Origin: an uncultured archaeon
Lineage (GTDB): Archaea; Asgardarchaeota; Lokiarchaeia; Sigyniarchaeales; SOKP01
DNA: 64,000 nt
Assembly: GCA_964486045.1 (NCBI GenBank)
Contig: CAZALK010000004.1
Location: forward strand, 192,001-256,000
Direction: 5' to 3'
Shown here one piece after another: positions 1-10,473 of the stretch. The first letter of the stretch is position 1; each line of letters begins with the position of its first letter. Under the pieces are notes generated by a model, which was not told the origin of the DNA, ran no database searches, and was given only the letters and a program-made list of their open reading frames with translations. The translations under genes and the position numbers were made by a program.

Positions 1-1330
1 GGTATTGAATTTTCTTATGCCAGATAGCCATCTGCTTTTCTCGGGCTTCATCCTTGTTATCACCACCTAAACCTCCCAAAACTACAAAATTTCCGTTTGG
101 TAAATAATATAACATCGCGGTGAACATTCCTGGAAAATTCCCAGTGGGAAATTCGTCTTTATGGGCTACATCAAAATTGATAACTTTTTGATGCACTTCT
201 CCCATATTTGAGATTGGAATCTTATGGCATGTTACCATTGAGATCCTTGCTGGAGCTGGGGAAATATTTGCTTGAAAGAAATGAAAGGTCGCTTTTAAAT
301 TATACCCGAATATTGTTGAATCATCGGATCCTTCTCTGATAGCTAAGCCAGATATAGATGTACATGCATCATCTTTTGTCATAATTTCTTCAAGTTTTTG
401 GAGATAAGTATTTAGAATACTTTCCTCCGTTGCTTCCAATGTAATATTCATTACGGGACCTTTAATTCTAAGCTTTTTACCATCAGCAGTTTTAGTCTGA
501 CCAGCAATCATCTGAGCTGCTATTGTTGGATATACAGATAGATCACGTAATCCATCAGTAATTTCAAATCTTATATCATGGGCTAATTTGGCAACTTTAC
601 TGTAATCTTCTTTATTGAGGGCATACATCCTTGCAGCTTTAAAAGGGGGATCACGAAATAATCGTAGAGAAGCTTTCACTTTTACTCCAAGGGTCCCAAC
701 ATCTCCTAAAAATAAACCTGAGAAATCTGGTGACACTCCATACCTACAAAAAGGCTTCGCATATTTGTTTGCCCATGATCCAGTCTTTATAATCGTCCCT
801 TCAGGATTCGGAAGTACGACTTCAAGCCCAAGACAAATATCTGGAACGAGCCCGTACTTAGTAGAGCCCCCACCGGCAGTACTGTTTGAAAGCCCTCCCC
901 CTATGGTCGCTGCGTAACCACTCCCAGGCCCGATCACACCTGTAGTATAGCCGAGAGGATGTAACGCTGAGATTAACGCGCCCCAAGTAACTCCACACTC
1001 AACCACTACATAGTAATCATCCGTATTGATTTCAATAATCTTGTTCATTCGGGTTAAGTCAAGGAGGATTCCACTATCTGTCACAGAACCACCAACCAAG
1101 TCTGCTCCGCCCCCTCGCGGTACGATCCGCAGTTTGTACTTATTTGCTACTTTGACAATTTCAGACACTTCTTCTGGAGTCTCGGGGCGTACAATTATAT
1201 CAGCCCATCTATCTGGGAACGCAGGATCAACATTCCGAGAATATGCTGCCTTCATAAAATCTTTATCAGTAACAAAGTCCGATCCTAATACGTCCTCTAT
1301 TTCTTTGTAAGCTTCTTTTACCTTAGACAC
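1..1330 (-). CDS. FAD-binding oxidoreductase (VAO/PCMH-GlcD superfamily), paralogue 1; runs off the window edge
   Basis: Not in ORF track. GTG at 1330 behind GGTGA. Reads SKVKEAYKEIEDVLGSDFVTDKDFMKAAYSRNVDPAFPDRWAD at the start and DNKDEAREKQMAIWHKKIQY in the same frame at the window edge, collinear with 1531..3024 and 12645..14192. Confidence 0.9.
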   Translation of the reverse strand, partial: MSKVKEAYKEIEDVLGSDFVTDKDFMKAAYSRNVDPAFPDRWADIIVRPETPEEVSEIVKVANKYKLRIVPRGGGADLVGGSVTDSGILLDLTRMNKIIEINTDDYYVVVECGVTWGALISALHPLGYTTGVIGPGSGYAATIGGGLSNSTAGGGSTKYGLVPDICLGLEVVLPNPEGTIIKTGSWANKYAKPFCRYGVSPDFSGLFLGDVGTLGVKVKASLRLFRDPPFKAARMYALNKEDYSKVAKLAHDIRFEITDGLRDLSVYPTIAAQMIAGQTKTADGKKLRIKGPVMNITLEATEESILNTYLQKLEEIMTKDDACTSISGLAIREGSDDSTIFGYNLKATFHFFQANISPAPARISMVTCHKIPISNMGEVHQKVINFDVAHKDEFPTGNFPGMFTAMLYYLPNGNFVVLGGLGGDNKDEAREKQMAIWHKKIQY

Positions 1331-1530
1331 ATTTTTCACCATATATTATTTTAGAAATATAAGAAATTTCATCTTTTAAATAAATAAAAGTTTACTTATT
1401 AGATTAACCATTTAGTCAAAGTTGATATTCATTTAAAAAGCTATTCGTTTTCCAAATCTGGAATTAGATATTCTCAGCTATTCTGAAATCTATAAACGAA
1501 AAATAATTAAAAAAAATATTATTGATTATT

Positions 1531-3024
1531 TTAATCTGGTTCTGTATAATAATCTGCGAATTTTGAATCGTAAGTATGAAGATGAAATTTGTTAGGGCTC
1601 AATAAGAAGTTTGGGTCAACTGTTTTCTTCATGTCTCTAAAAAATTGCTCGTACTCGGGTGTGTACGCTCCTGCTTCAGTAACTGCTTGTGAGATGGATT
1701 CCCCTAACCAATAATGTGCTCCACCGTATCGGACCTGCGTTCTGATTTTTGAATGCCATAGCTCCATATTCCTTTCCCTCATTTCATCAACATTATCTCC
1801 CACTACACCTCCTAGCACAACCATATTTCCATTAGGTAAGAGGTATTGCGTAGCTTCAAATATTCCTTTCGTCACGGCGCCTGGTATGTCATCTGCATGC
1901 CTATTATTCCAATCGACGTTTTCGTCATGAATTTTGCCCAAAGTTGAGATAGGGACCTTGTGACAGGTGGCCATAGCGATTTTACCCGGCACTGGGGAAA
2001 TTCCTGCTTGAAAATAGTGAAAAGCCGCTTTCAAATTAGGTTTAACGTTAGCGCCAGGGGCGGCAGGAACCATAACTGTGTCCTCTTTCATGATTTCTTC
2101 AAGTGTTTTAAGGTACATCTCAAGGATCTCTATTTCCATAGCCTCTAGTGTAACCGTTACCCCTGGGCCTTTAGTATCTTTAAATTGTGGGACATTTTTA
2201 AATTGTGCAAAGTAAAACGGTGGAAATGAGCTTAAACCAAGTAGACCATCAGGGATTTCGTACCTAATTTTTTTAGCTAATAAATAGACCTTGTTATAAT
2301 CATAATCTTTGAGGATAAAAACCCGATTGGCTTTATAGGGATGTTCGCGATATATTCGCATGGAGGCCTTGCACTTAATTCCCATTACACCAACATCACC
2401 TAAAAACATTCCCGAGAAATCTGGTGATACACCATACCTACAGAAAGGTTGCGCATACTTGTTTGCCCATGATCCGGTCCTTATAATTGTTCCTTCTGGA
2501 TTTGGAAGTACTACTTCAAGACCGAGACAATTATCAGGAACAAGACCATACTTAGTAGAACCCCCACCTGCGGTACTGTTTGAAAGCCCACCACCAATAG
2601 TCGCAGAGAATCCGCTTCCGGGCCCAGTAACACCTGTAGTGTATCCTTGAGGGACTATTTGAGAAAGTAAATCCCCCCACGTAATTCCCACTCCAACTAT
2701 TATATAATAATCGTCTTTGTTAAATTCTTCAATCTTATTGAAACGAGTCATGTCTATTAAAATCCCTTCTTCTGTCGTAGAACCACCGACCAAATCAGCC
2801 CCGCCCCCGCGAGGAACAATTCTTAGTTTATACTTATTTGCAACTTTTACGATTTCAGATACTTCTTCAGTAGTTTCCGGTCTTACGATAATGTCCGCCC
2901 AACGGTCGGGGAAAGCGGGATCTACATTTCGAGAATAAGCAGCCTTCATGAAATCTTTATCAGAAACATAATCTTCTCCAACAACACTTTCAATCTCAGA
3001 ATAGGCTTCTTTTACTTTTGACAT
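1531..3024 (-). CDS. FAD-binding oxidoreductase, paralogue 2
   Basis: PRGGGADLVGG FAD loop, ATIGGGLSN, GLEVVLP, C-terminal DPNFLLSPNK. Confidence 0.9.
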   Translation of the reverse strand: MSKVKEAYSEIESVVGEDYVSDKDFMKAAYSRNVDPAFPDRWADIIVRPETTEEVSEIVKVANKYKLRIVPRGGGADLVGGSTTEEGILIDMTRFNKIEEFNKDDYYIIVGVGITWGDLLSQIVPQGYTTGVTGPGSGFSATIGGGLSNSTAGGGSTKYGLVPDNCLGLEVVLPNPEGTIIRTGSWANKYAQPFCRYGVSPDFSGMFLGDVGVMGIKCKASMRIYREHPYKANRVFILKDYDYNKVYLLAKKIRYEIPDGLLGLSSFPPFYFAQFKNVPQFKDTKGPGVTVTLEAMEIEILEMYLKTLEEIMKEDTVMVPAAPGANVKPNLKAAFHYFQAGISPVPGKIAMATCHKVPISTLGKIHDENVDWNNRHADDIPGAVTKGIFEATQYLLPNGNMVVLGGVVGDNVDEMRERNMELWHSKIRTQVRYGGAHYWLGESISQAVTEAGAYTPEYEQFFRDMKKTVDPNFLLSPNKFHLHTYDSKFADYYTEPD

Positions 3025-3223
3025 TTTATCACTTTTTTGATATTTAATTTTCTTAATTTTCTTGTAATGATCGTTTGAATTTAATTATTTCTCATTCTTC
3101 TTCTTGATTATGAAATCGATAACACACTTAACCAGAGCTTTTAAATTAATTAAAATCTTGAGTTTAAATATTATGGATTAGATGTGAAGGTGGTGTGATT
3201 TATTTTAATTCAATTCAACCTCA

Positions 3224-3595
3224 AATAATAACTACGCAGATGCCTATTTAGTAAGAACATTTCTTGAAATGAATCAAATTCCCATAATTCCCGTCGATAT
3301 TTCATTAGAATTGCCAAAATTTAGGGATCCTGGTGAGACAAGCTGTTATATCTTAGCAGAATCAGAAGGTCTATGTATCAGCTCAGATATTCGCGCAATA
3401 AAAAAATTTAATAATTTTCAGATCCCTTGTATCCAATTAGATACATTCTTTTACAAACAATTTTTAAATAAGAAGATAAGAAGAAATAAATTTACTAGTA
3501 TTCTAGGAGATCTTAAAAACGTAAATGGTACATCAGCTAATAGGATATCAATTTTTTTAGAATTAATTTCACAAGGAGGAATAAAAGATGAGTAA
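3224..3595 (+). pseudogene. 5'-truncated PIN-like (DUF3368-like) toxin
   Basis: Frame extends upstream of 3269 as NNNYADAYLVRTFLEM, resembling the middle of 21360..21857 (KNYTEAFIIESFIK). GE and SSD motifs present; N-terminal PIN strand and start absent. Confidence 0.6.
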
Positions 3596-3902
3596 AACCA
3601 TAAGCACAAGAATAGATGATGAATATGTTAAAAAATTAGAAGAAATAGCAAAAAGAGAACATATCGACCGTTCTGCATTAATAAGAAAATTTATTCTGCA
3701 AATGTTAAAAGAATATGAGCTTAAACGGATGGCAGAATTATATCGTAAGGGCATTGTTAGTCTCCAAGAGGCTGCAACACAGGCAAAACTATCGCTATAT
3801 GAAATAATGGAATATGTTAAAAAGGAAAATATTCACCCTCCAGACCAAACTAAAGAGGAAATTCTCTTTGAAATTGAAAAATCCAAAAATTATGATGTAT
3901 AA
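3588..3902 (+). CDS. RHH + UPF0175-family antitoxin
   Basis: TISTRID...DRSALIRK RHH; LYRKGIVSLQEAA UPF0175 motif; overlaps toxin remnant. Confidence 0.8.
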   Translation: MSKTISTRIDDEYVKKLEEIAKREHIDRSALIRKFILQMLKEYELKRMAELYRKGIVSLQEAATQAKLSLYEIMEYVKKENIHPPDQTKEEILFEIEKSKNYDV

Positions 3903-4043
3903 TTTCATTTATGATAGTGAAAATACTTTACCATTCATTTAGATCAGAGAAATAGGTCAGGAAATTTAATAACAAAACTTTACTAAAATAATCCCAAGGT
4001 AAAGGAATTTGAAAAAAAAATTGGTAGATAGTTATTAATATGT

Positions 4044-4073
4044 ATATTCACATATATTCACATATATTCACAT
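4044..4073. promoter_or_regulatory. 3x 10-bp direct repeat ATATTCACAT, probable TA operator
   Basis: Perfect tandem repeat about 30 bp upstream of the antitoxin start at 4103. Confidence 0.6.
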
Positions 4074-4102
4074 AACTAACAAATCAACAAATTAAGATTA
4101 AA

Positions 4103-4327
4103 ATGGCAAATTTAACTTTATCAATTCCCAATGAATTAAAAAAAATGATGGAAAATTTTCCAGAAATTAATTGGTCTGAAGTAGCAAGAGATTCAATAAA
4201 AAAAAAAATAGCACAATTAAATTTTATAAAAGGTTTCCAACTCGATAGTGAAATATCTCCTGAAGAAGCTTTAAATCTTGGAAGAGAAATAAGTGAACTC
4301 TTACTAAAACATTATAAGAGTGAGTGA
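4103..4327 (+). CDS. RHH/CopG-like antitoxin
   Basis: MANLTLSIP...EINWSEVAR archaeal VapB-type motif, upstream of PIN gene. Confidence 0.8.
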   Translation: MANLTLSIPNELKKMMENFPEINWSEVARDSIKKKIAQLNFIKGFQLDSEISPEEALNLGREISELLLKHYKSE

Positions 4328-4330
4328 AAA

Positions 4331-4750
4331 ATGAAATTAGTTGTTGATGCTAATATTCTTTTTGCTGCTTTAATAAAAGAGGGATCAACAGCTGAGCTCT
4401 TAATTAGCGATAAATTACAGCTTTTTGCCCCCGAATTCTTATTTACGGAATTTATTAAATATGAAGAACTTATTCTTAAGAAAACTCATCGTTCCCGTGA
4501 AGAATTCAAATAGTTTTTAGAATTATTAAAAGAACAGATTACCATTATTCCAAAAAAGGATATAACCTCTTTTATAGATAAAGCCGAAAAAATCTCTCCC
4601 GATCCCAAAGATACAGTATATTTAGCTCTTGCTTTCGCACTTAAATCTAATATCTGGTCGAACGATAAAAGGTAAAAGCAACGTCAAGTAAAAATAACTG
4701 TATTCTCAACAGTAGAATTAATTCATAAAACCAGTTTATTAAAAACCTAG
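4331..4750 (+). pseudogene. PIN (VapC-like) toxin with two nonsense codons
   Basis: LVVDANILF start. Frame continues past TAG 4511-4513 (FLELLKEQ...PDPKDTVYLALA...IWSNDKR) and TAA 4673-4675 to TAG at 4750. Confidence 0.85.
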
Positions 4751-4931
4751 ATAGATATAGCATTATTAAAATATGAGAAATTACAAGAATATGGATGGTA
4801 TTAAATTGAAGCTATTAAAGAGTGGTTTAAGAAATATTCAAAAAAGCTGATAATTTTTATTAAACTACTTTAAGATCTCCTAATGAAAAGTGTATATTTT
4901 CCTTCTATTCATTCAGAAAAAGGTCACAGAC

Positions 4932-5180
4932 TTAATTAGTTTTAATATTAAGTGTCAATAGTGGGTTTTTACTCGTAAATATCTCTGTTATAAAACCTTC
5001 AAGGAAAGGAAAATTCTTTAATTCAATAACTTGGCTCGTTTCAGAAAACCTATCAAGAGTTTGCATTATTGAAGGAATATTTTGGAGGCGTTCGATAAAA
5101 TATCCCAACTTCTTTTTTGCCACGTATGTTTGACCTTTATATAAATAACAGATTGAGAACTTTGAAATAGTTTCGATTAA
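4932..5180 (-). pseudogene. 3' remnant of longin-like C-terminal domain gene
   Basis: LIETISKFSICYLYKGQTYVAKKKL...TSQVIELKNFPFLEGFITEIF matches the C-terminus of 7762..8673; no 5' part. Confidence 0.8.
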
Positions 5181-5213
5181 ATATTATGATTTTTAACCAA
5201 CCAATCCAACTCT

Positions 5214-6167
5214 TCAAGAAGGGGTGTTCCGTTTCAACCAATCTAGCAAGAAAACATTCACTTCATTAGACTTTTCCTGTTGAATCCAATGTCCGCAGTC
5301 TAACGTAATGCTTTCTAGATTCGGGATATAGTTCGAAACATCACCACCTTTAGCTACAATGTCGTGGTTACCATATATCATTGCACAGGGAACATCAATG
5401 TGTTGAATAAGTTCAGCCGAGTTCTCCCAGTTTCGAGTGATGTTTCGATACCAGTTGATCGGTCCTGTAAAACCGCCTTTAATGAATGCAGAAACAAACA
5501 CGTCCATTTCCTCTTCCGACATAAGAGGTTCACCCGGAGGATCCAACATCTCAAGTATATTCATCAGAGACACAACGGGAGCAGGGTCACCTGTTGAGGG
5601 TAGTGTAGTTTGATTTACCCATTGTCGTTGACGGAATATATTATTGAAAAAGCGTTTTGGTTTGGCTGCAAAAGCAGCATCGGCTACACCGGGTTGTCGG
5701 TTGAAATGAACAATATAATTTTCCGGACCAAGGAACTGCTCTAACGCGGAGATGGGTTCAAAATTTCCTCGAGGGAAAAAAGGTACACTCATTCCAACCA
5801 CACCCGCAACCCTTTTGGGGTGCATAAGCGGCATATTCCAGACAACCATGGATCCCCAGTCATGTCCGATGAAGATCGCTTTTTCTATGTCGAGGGTATC
5901 CATCAACCCAATTAAGTCACCACAAAGATGACGCATATCGTATGCTTCTACGGGTTCAGGTTTGTCTGTCTCTCCATATCCCCGCTGATTCGGTACAATA
6001 ACCCGGAATCCTGCTTCAGCCAGTACGGGAATCTGAAATCGCCAAGAATAGGCGAGTTCAGGAAATCCATGTGCTAAAATTAATGGAAATCCTTCTCCTT
6101 GCTCAAAGATTTCTATATTGATCTCGTTGACACGAAGAATCCTCGGTTCGGGAAATTTAATATCCAT
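5214..6167 (-). CDS. Epoxide hydrolase-like alpha/beta hydrolase
   Basis: HGFP, RGYG, GHDWG nucleophile Asp, NWYR, GHWIQQE. Confidence 0.88.
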   Translation of the reverse strand: MDIKFPEPRILRVNEINIEIFEQGEGFPLILAHGFPELAYSWRFQIPVLAEAGFRVIVPNQRGYGETDKPEPVEAYDMRHLCGDLIGLMDTLDIEKAIFIGHDWGSMVVWNMPLMHPKRVAGVVGMSVPFFPRGNFEPISALEQFLGPENYIVHFNRQPGVADAAFAAKPKRFFNNIFRQRQWVNQTTLPSTGDPAPVVSLMNILEMLDPPGEPLMSEEEMDVFVSAFIKGGFTGPINWYRNITRNWENSAELIQHIDVPCAMIYGNHDIVAKGGDVSNYIPNLESITLDCGHWIQQEKSNEVNVFLLDWLKRNTPS

Positions 6168-6466
6168 TTTTCTTAATCCTCCTTTTACATGAAGTTTTGA
6201 TTTTTAGTAATGATTATTTCATTCTTTTTCATAATAAATTAAATTATTTAAGCCTTTACTCTAACGAGTTAAGGTAATTTTATAAAACCTGACAAAAAAC
6301 TATAAAATTATTAATATTTATTGACTTTTTACTTAAATAATTTAAAACAAATTCTATTTTAGAATTTAATAATTATTGTTTTATTCTATTTGTGTTTTAA
6401 ATTTTTTAAATTGAATGAAATCGAAAAATTAAAAAAATGAAATGAAAAAAATAGGAGCCAAGAAAA

Positions 6467-7045
6467 ATGAGTGTAACAATTTTGAACGGAAGCAGAAATG
6501 ATCTGGAGCAAACAATGGTTGTTAATAAGATACTTGAGCAAGAATTCGAAAATGCAGGGTTGAAACCAGAATCAATAATTCTCCGAAATATTGAAGATCT
6601 AAAGCATTGCGTGGGATGTTTTAGATGCTGGGACGAGACACCCGGTATATGTATTATCCCCGGTCCACATCGGGAAATAAATCAAAAGATTATCAATAGC
6701 GATCTATTAGTTTACTTGACACCTTTGACATTCGGCGGATACTCATCGGAGATCAAAAAAATGATTGAATTTCAACTTGGGCTTCTACTTCCTGATATGA
6801 CCTTGAGCAGTGGTGAAACACACCATAAAAAAAGATACAAAAAATATCCATCCGTACTTGCAATAGCAACAACCGAAAATCAAGATGAGGAAGAGGAACG
6901 GATGTTTAAAAATCTTATCGACCGCCATGCACTTAACTGGTATCCCCCAGAGCACAGAGCTGTTATAATTCATGCGAAAGAAAATGAAAAGTCCATTCAA
7001 GATCGGCTTAAACGCATCATTGAAGAAATGGAGTTGAGAAAATGA
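6467..7045 (+). CDS. Iron-sulfur flavoprotein / flavodoxin family protein
   Basis: LNGS start; CVGCFRCWDETPGIC cysteine motif. Confidence 0.8.
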   Translation: MSVTILNGSRNDLEQTMVVNKILEQEFENAGLKPESIILRNIEDLKHCVGCFRCWDETPGICIIPGPHREINQKIINSDLLVYLTPLTFGGYSSEIKKMIEFQLGLLLPDMTLSSGETHHKKRYKKYPSVLAIATTENQDEEEERMFKNLIDRHALNWYPPEHRAVIIHAKENEKSIQDRLKRIIEEMELRK

Positions 7046-7758
7046 ATAATTTTAAAAAAGTTTTATTGCTTATCGGTAGCCCCCGGGGTATAAGAAGCAA
7101 TTCTACATCCGTAGGTAATTATTTGGTTGACACGCTGAAGAAAAACGGAACCATTGATGAAACAGAAACCATCGTACTTACCAGAACGATACGATCTGAT
7201 GTAAAAATGGAAGAAATGATAGCTTCAATAAAAAAATCAGATTTAATAATACTCGCTTCACCTATTTATGACGACACAGTTTCTTACGTAACTTTAAAAG
7301 CGCTTGAATATATCGCGGAACACCAAAAGAAACCTGGAAACGAAAATAAATTTAATGAAAAACTCTTATTTCCCATCGCAAATTCGGGATTTCTCGAACC
7401 GGAGCAAATGGAAATGCTTATTGCGCTATTCCATTTCTTTGCAACTAAGACAGGGTTTAAATGGGCAGGTAGTTTATCGGTAGGATCGGGACAAGGTTTG
7501 GGGGGGGATAAAGGTAAGACTCTTGAAGAAGGGGGAAAGATGGTTAAATCCGTAATGGAGGCACTGGAAAAAGTAGCAGACTCATTAGCAGAAGGAGAAT
7601 TCTCGGATGAAACCGTGGGATTGTTCCCGGATCTGTTCTTCAAGTGGTATTTCCGCCCGATGACGAAACTTTTTGTTTGGATTGGAAATAAATCCTGGAA
7701 GAAAGAAGCGAAATCGAATGGTGGAAATGTCAAAGCGAAACCTTATGCAAAAGGATAA
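7042..7758 (+). CDS. NAD(P)H-dependent FMN reductase / flavodoxin family protein
   Basis: IGSPR...SNS and ASPIY motifs; ATGA overlap with previous gene. Confidence 0.8.
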   Translation: MNNFKKVLLLIGSPRGIRSNSTSVGNYLVDTLKKNGTIDETETIVLTRTIRSDVKMEEMIASIKKSDLIILASPIYDDTVSYVTLKALEYIAEHQKKPGNENKFNEKLLFPIANSGFLEPEQMEMLIALFHFFATKTGFKWAGSLSVGSGQGLGGDKGKTLEEGGKMVKSVMEALEKVADSLAEGEFSDETVGLFPDLFFKWYFRPMTKLFVWIGNKSWKKEAKSNGGNVKAKPYAKG

Positions 7759-7761
7759 TTT

Positions 7762-8673
7762 TCAGATTGGTTCTTTCCTTTGAGTAAAGATTTCAGTAAT
7801 GAGTGATTCGAGGGAGGGGATATCCTTTAATTCAACAACCCGGCTTGTTTTATAAAACTTCTCTAGAGTTTGAGATATTGAAGATTTGTTTTGTATCTCT
7901 TGTGCAAATTTAGCTAATTTTTTCGCAGCTAGAGAGGTTCGGCCTTTGAATAAATAACAGATTGAGAAGTTTGCTACAGATTCCATTAGTACTGTATATT
8001 GACCGAATTTGGCTCGATCGAATTCTTCAGAAAAGAACTCATCACTGAAGGAATTAAATGCAGATAAAAAACTTCCAAATAGAACATCATCACGTTTCCA
8101 TTCATCAACAAAAGGATAAGAGAATAAAAGAACACCACCAGCTGTTATAATGAGAAGTACTACTGGTTCTTCATCAACTAACTCCTCGGTAGTAGAGCTA
8201 GGTTTTTCAGTGAAAAAGAATAATGAGTCCTCAACTTTAGCCTGCTTTTTAGGTAATAATTTTTTAGGTTTAGCGGATTCTTCTTTTAATCCTAAGTAAA
8301 AAAACAAAAAACAAAAATTAATCCCAATTCTTATGATATATAATCCGAATCCAGGAGCTAAAAATAGATCAAAAAACGTAAAGAAAACAAAGATAAAGAA
8401 GCCAATTGACAAATACAAATTTTTTCTTCTTATAATGCCTTTTGATTGAAGACTTTTACGAAAAAAGCCAATTCCGTTAAAGAGAACAGAAAAATCGAAA
8501 ATTACTATAAGAATAAATGCGGGATATAAAATTTTAAAACTAGAATCAATTAAACTCCATCCTGGGTTCTCGGGAAGATGAAATATAAAGGAATTCTCAT
8601 TATCAAAAAATACAAAAATTATTCCCAAAATAATGTAAATTGAGACTATATACCATTTCTTCTTGGTAAACAA
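7762..8673 (-). CDS. Membrane domain + C-terminal longin-like domain protein, probably 5'-truncated
   Basis: About 4 hydrophobic helices, then EEPVVLLIITAGGVLLFSYPF...LFGSFLSAFNSFSDEFF. TTG start only 22 nt after upstream stop. Confidence 0.65.
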   Translation of the reverse strand: MFTKKKWYIVSIYIILGIIFVFFDNENSFIFHLPENPGWSLIDSSFKILYPAFILIVIFDFSVLFNGIGFFRKSLQSKGIIRRKNLYLSIGFFIFVFFTFFDLFLAPGFGLYIIRIGINFCFLFFYLGLKEESAKPKKLLPKKQAKVEDSLFFFTEKPSSTTEELVDEEPVVLLIITAGGVLLFSYPFVDEWKRDDVLFGSFLSAFNSFSDEFFSEEFDRAKFGQYTVLMESVANFSICYLFKGRTSLAAKKLAKFAQEIQNKSSISQTLEKFYKTSRVVELKDIPSLESLITEIFTQRKEPI

Positions 8674-8695
8674 AATCTCAACAACTTCTCAAGGA

Positions 8696-9661
8696 TCATT
8701 CTGGGAACAAATGCAAACCCTGCTTGTATATTTTTTCCTCATACCAGGTAATCTGTTTTCTAAGTATCTCTTCCAAGCTAGTTCTAGGTTTATAGTTCAA
8801 GATACTCCTGGCTTTATCAATGTTAGCCTTGGTACGTAGTTGATCTCCAAGACGTTTTGGCATCGATTTAAACTGGGCTTTTCTACCCATTATTTTCTCA
8901 ACAAGGGCAATCCCCTCACTTGTTTTGATCTCTTTATCAGAACCTATATTGAAGATCTCTCCAATGGCTTTTTCAGGTTGTTTGAGTATAGCTATAAATC
9001 CTTCCACAATATCCGTAACAGCAGTATAGCTGCGTGAATGATCCAGACTACCTTCGAACAACGGAAAAGATTCATCTAATAGAATTGAACGAATTAGCTT
9101 TGTAAAAAGCTTTTCTGGTCTTTCACGAGGACCGATAACTGAAAAAATTCGCAAAGAACAAGTCGGTAATTTTAACTCTCGGTGATAAGCTAATACTAAC
9201 TGCTCAGCGGCTAGTTTAGTAACACCATAATATGAGGTAGGTTTAGGTGCCATATCTTCATTATCGTATGCAAATCGACCATAAATCGAGGAAGTAGCGA
9301 TATTGACTATACACTGCAGATTTGGTAGAGATTTCGCGGCTTCCAATAAATTATGGGTTGCGTGTATATTATTGCGGATATATAGCTCATATGGGGTTGT
9401 AGGGGAAATTCCAGGTTGTGCTGCTGCATGATATATGAATTCAACACCTTCTATGATGTCAACTAAGTTATCGGTGGCTAAATCTGCTTCAAAAATCCTC
9501 ACCCCTTTATCAGAGATGTCTTTAGCATTAAGTCGCTTTAATTCAGGAGCATAATAAGTATTGAAGTTATCAATCCCAATAACTTCATGCCCCATTTCAG
9601 CTAGGGTTTCAGATAAATGAGAACCTATAAATCCAGCCGCACCTGTGACTAAAATTTTCAT
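8696..9661 (-). CDS. NAD-dependent epimerase/dehydratase (nucleotide-sugar epimerase type)
   Basis: TGAAGFIG, TSSIYG, YGVTK. Confidence 0.9.
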   Translation of the reverse strand: MKILVTGAAGFIGSHLSETLAEMGHEVIGIDNFNTYYAPELKRLNAKDISDKGVRIFEADLATDNLVDIIEGVEFIYHAAAQPGISPTTPYELYIRNNIHATHNLLEAAKSLPNLQCIVNIATSSIYGRFAYDNEDMAPKPTSYYGVTKLAAEQLVLAYHRELKLPTCSLRIFSVIGPRERPEKLFTKLIRSILLDESFPLFEGSLDHSRSYTAVTDIVEGFIAILKQPEKAIGEIFNIGSDKEIKTSEGIALVEKIMGRKAQFKSMPKRLGDQLRTKANIDKARSILNYKPRTSLEEILRKQITWYEEKIYKQGLHLFPE

Positions 9662-9927
9662 GGTTGTGTTCTCTTTTGATTGATGTTTCTTTAATTGTTG
9701 TATTTATAGAGTTTCAGAAAGAAAATAAATACATGTATATTCAAAATGATGAAATTAACAATAGTAATATTAACGCCTATTTAAGAAAATTAGATAAAGC
9801 AAAAATAATAGAATTAAAATAGGAAGATTGAAATTATATAATAGTAAATTCAAAACCTAACTTCATCTTGATTGAAAAACATTGTGTTTGTAAGATGTTC
9901 TATTCCTTGAATATAGTTATAAAATAA

Positions 9928-10473
9928 TTATCCGACTTCTATAAATTTTTCTTTTAAAGCTCCACAAACTGGGCATTTAGTTGGAGTAGTTCCCTCCGAA
10001 GGATAACCACAGAGTGGACAAAGAAAAATCTCCCCATTAGGCAAATCTTTTCCATTTTTAAAAGAATTCAATGCATTTTCAAACACCTTATGATGGATTT
10101 TTTCAACCTCACTTGTCATATGAAATGTTCGTTCAGCATCTTTGTTTCCTTCTACCTTTCCATCTTCAATAAATCCAGGATAAATCTTTGTGAAAGCCAT
10201 GTATTCTCCCATAACTACTGCGTTTAAATTCTCTTCTAGTGATTTTAACTGAATTTTACCGACTTTTAAATCCTTTTTTAATATTTTCCCACCACCCATG
10301 GCACGTAACATATTGTGCGCATGGATTGATTCTCCTATAGCTCCTGCTCGAAATAGTTTCGCAATTTGAGGAAATCCTTCCCCTTCTGCGCCTTCAGCAA
10401 AAGCTAATAATATCCTATAACCGTAGTTTTCTCCAGAAAACGACCCTACAAGATTTTTTTCTGATTTAGTCAT
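9928..10473 (-). CDS. rbr: Rubrerythrin (atypical diiron site)
   Basis: Two ExxH motifs plus C-terminal CPLCGY...CPVCG rubredoxin domain. Confidence 0.85.
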   Translation of the reverse strand: MTKSEKNLVGSFSGENYGYRILLAFAEGAEGEGFPQIAKLFRAGAIGESIHAHNMLRAMGGGKILKKDLKVGKIQLKSLEENLNAVVMGEYMAFTKIYPGFIEDGKVEGNKDAERTFHMTSEVEKIHHKVFENALNSFKNGKDLPNGEIFLCPLCGYPSEGTTPTKCPVCGALKEKFIEVG

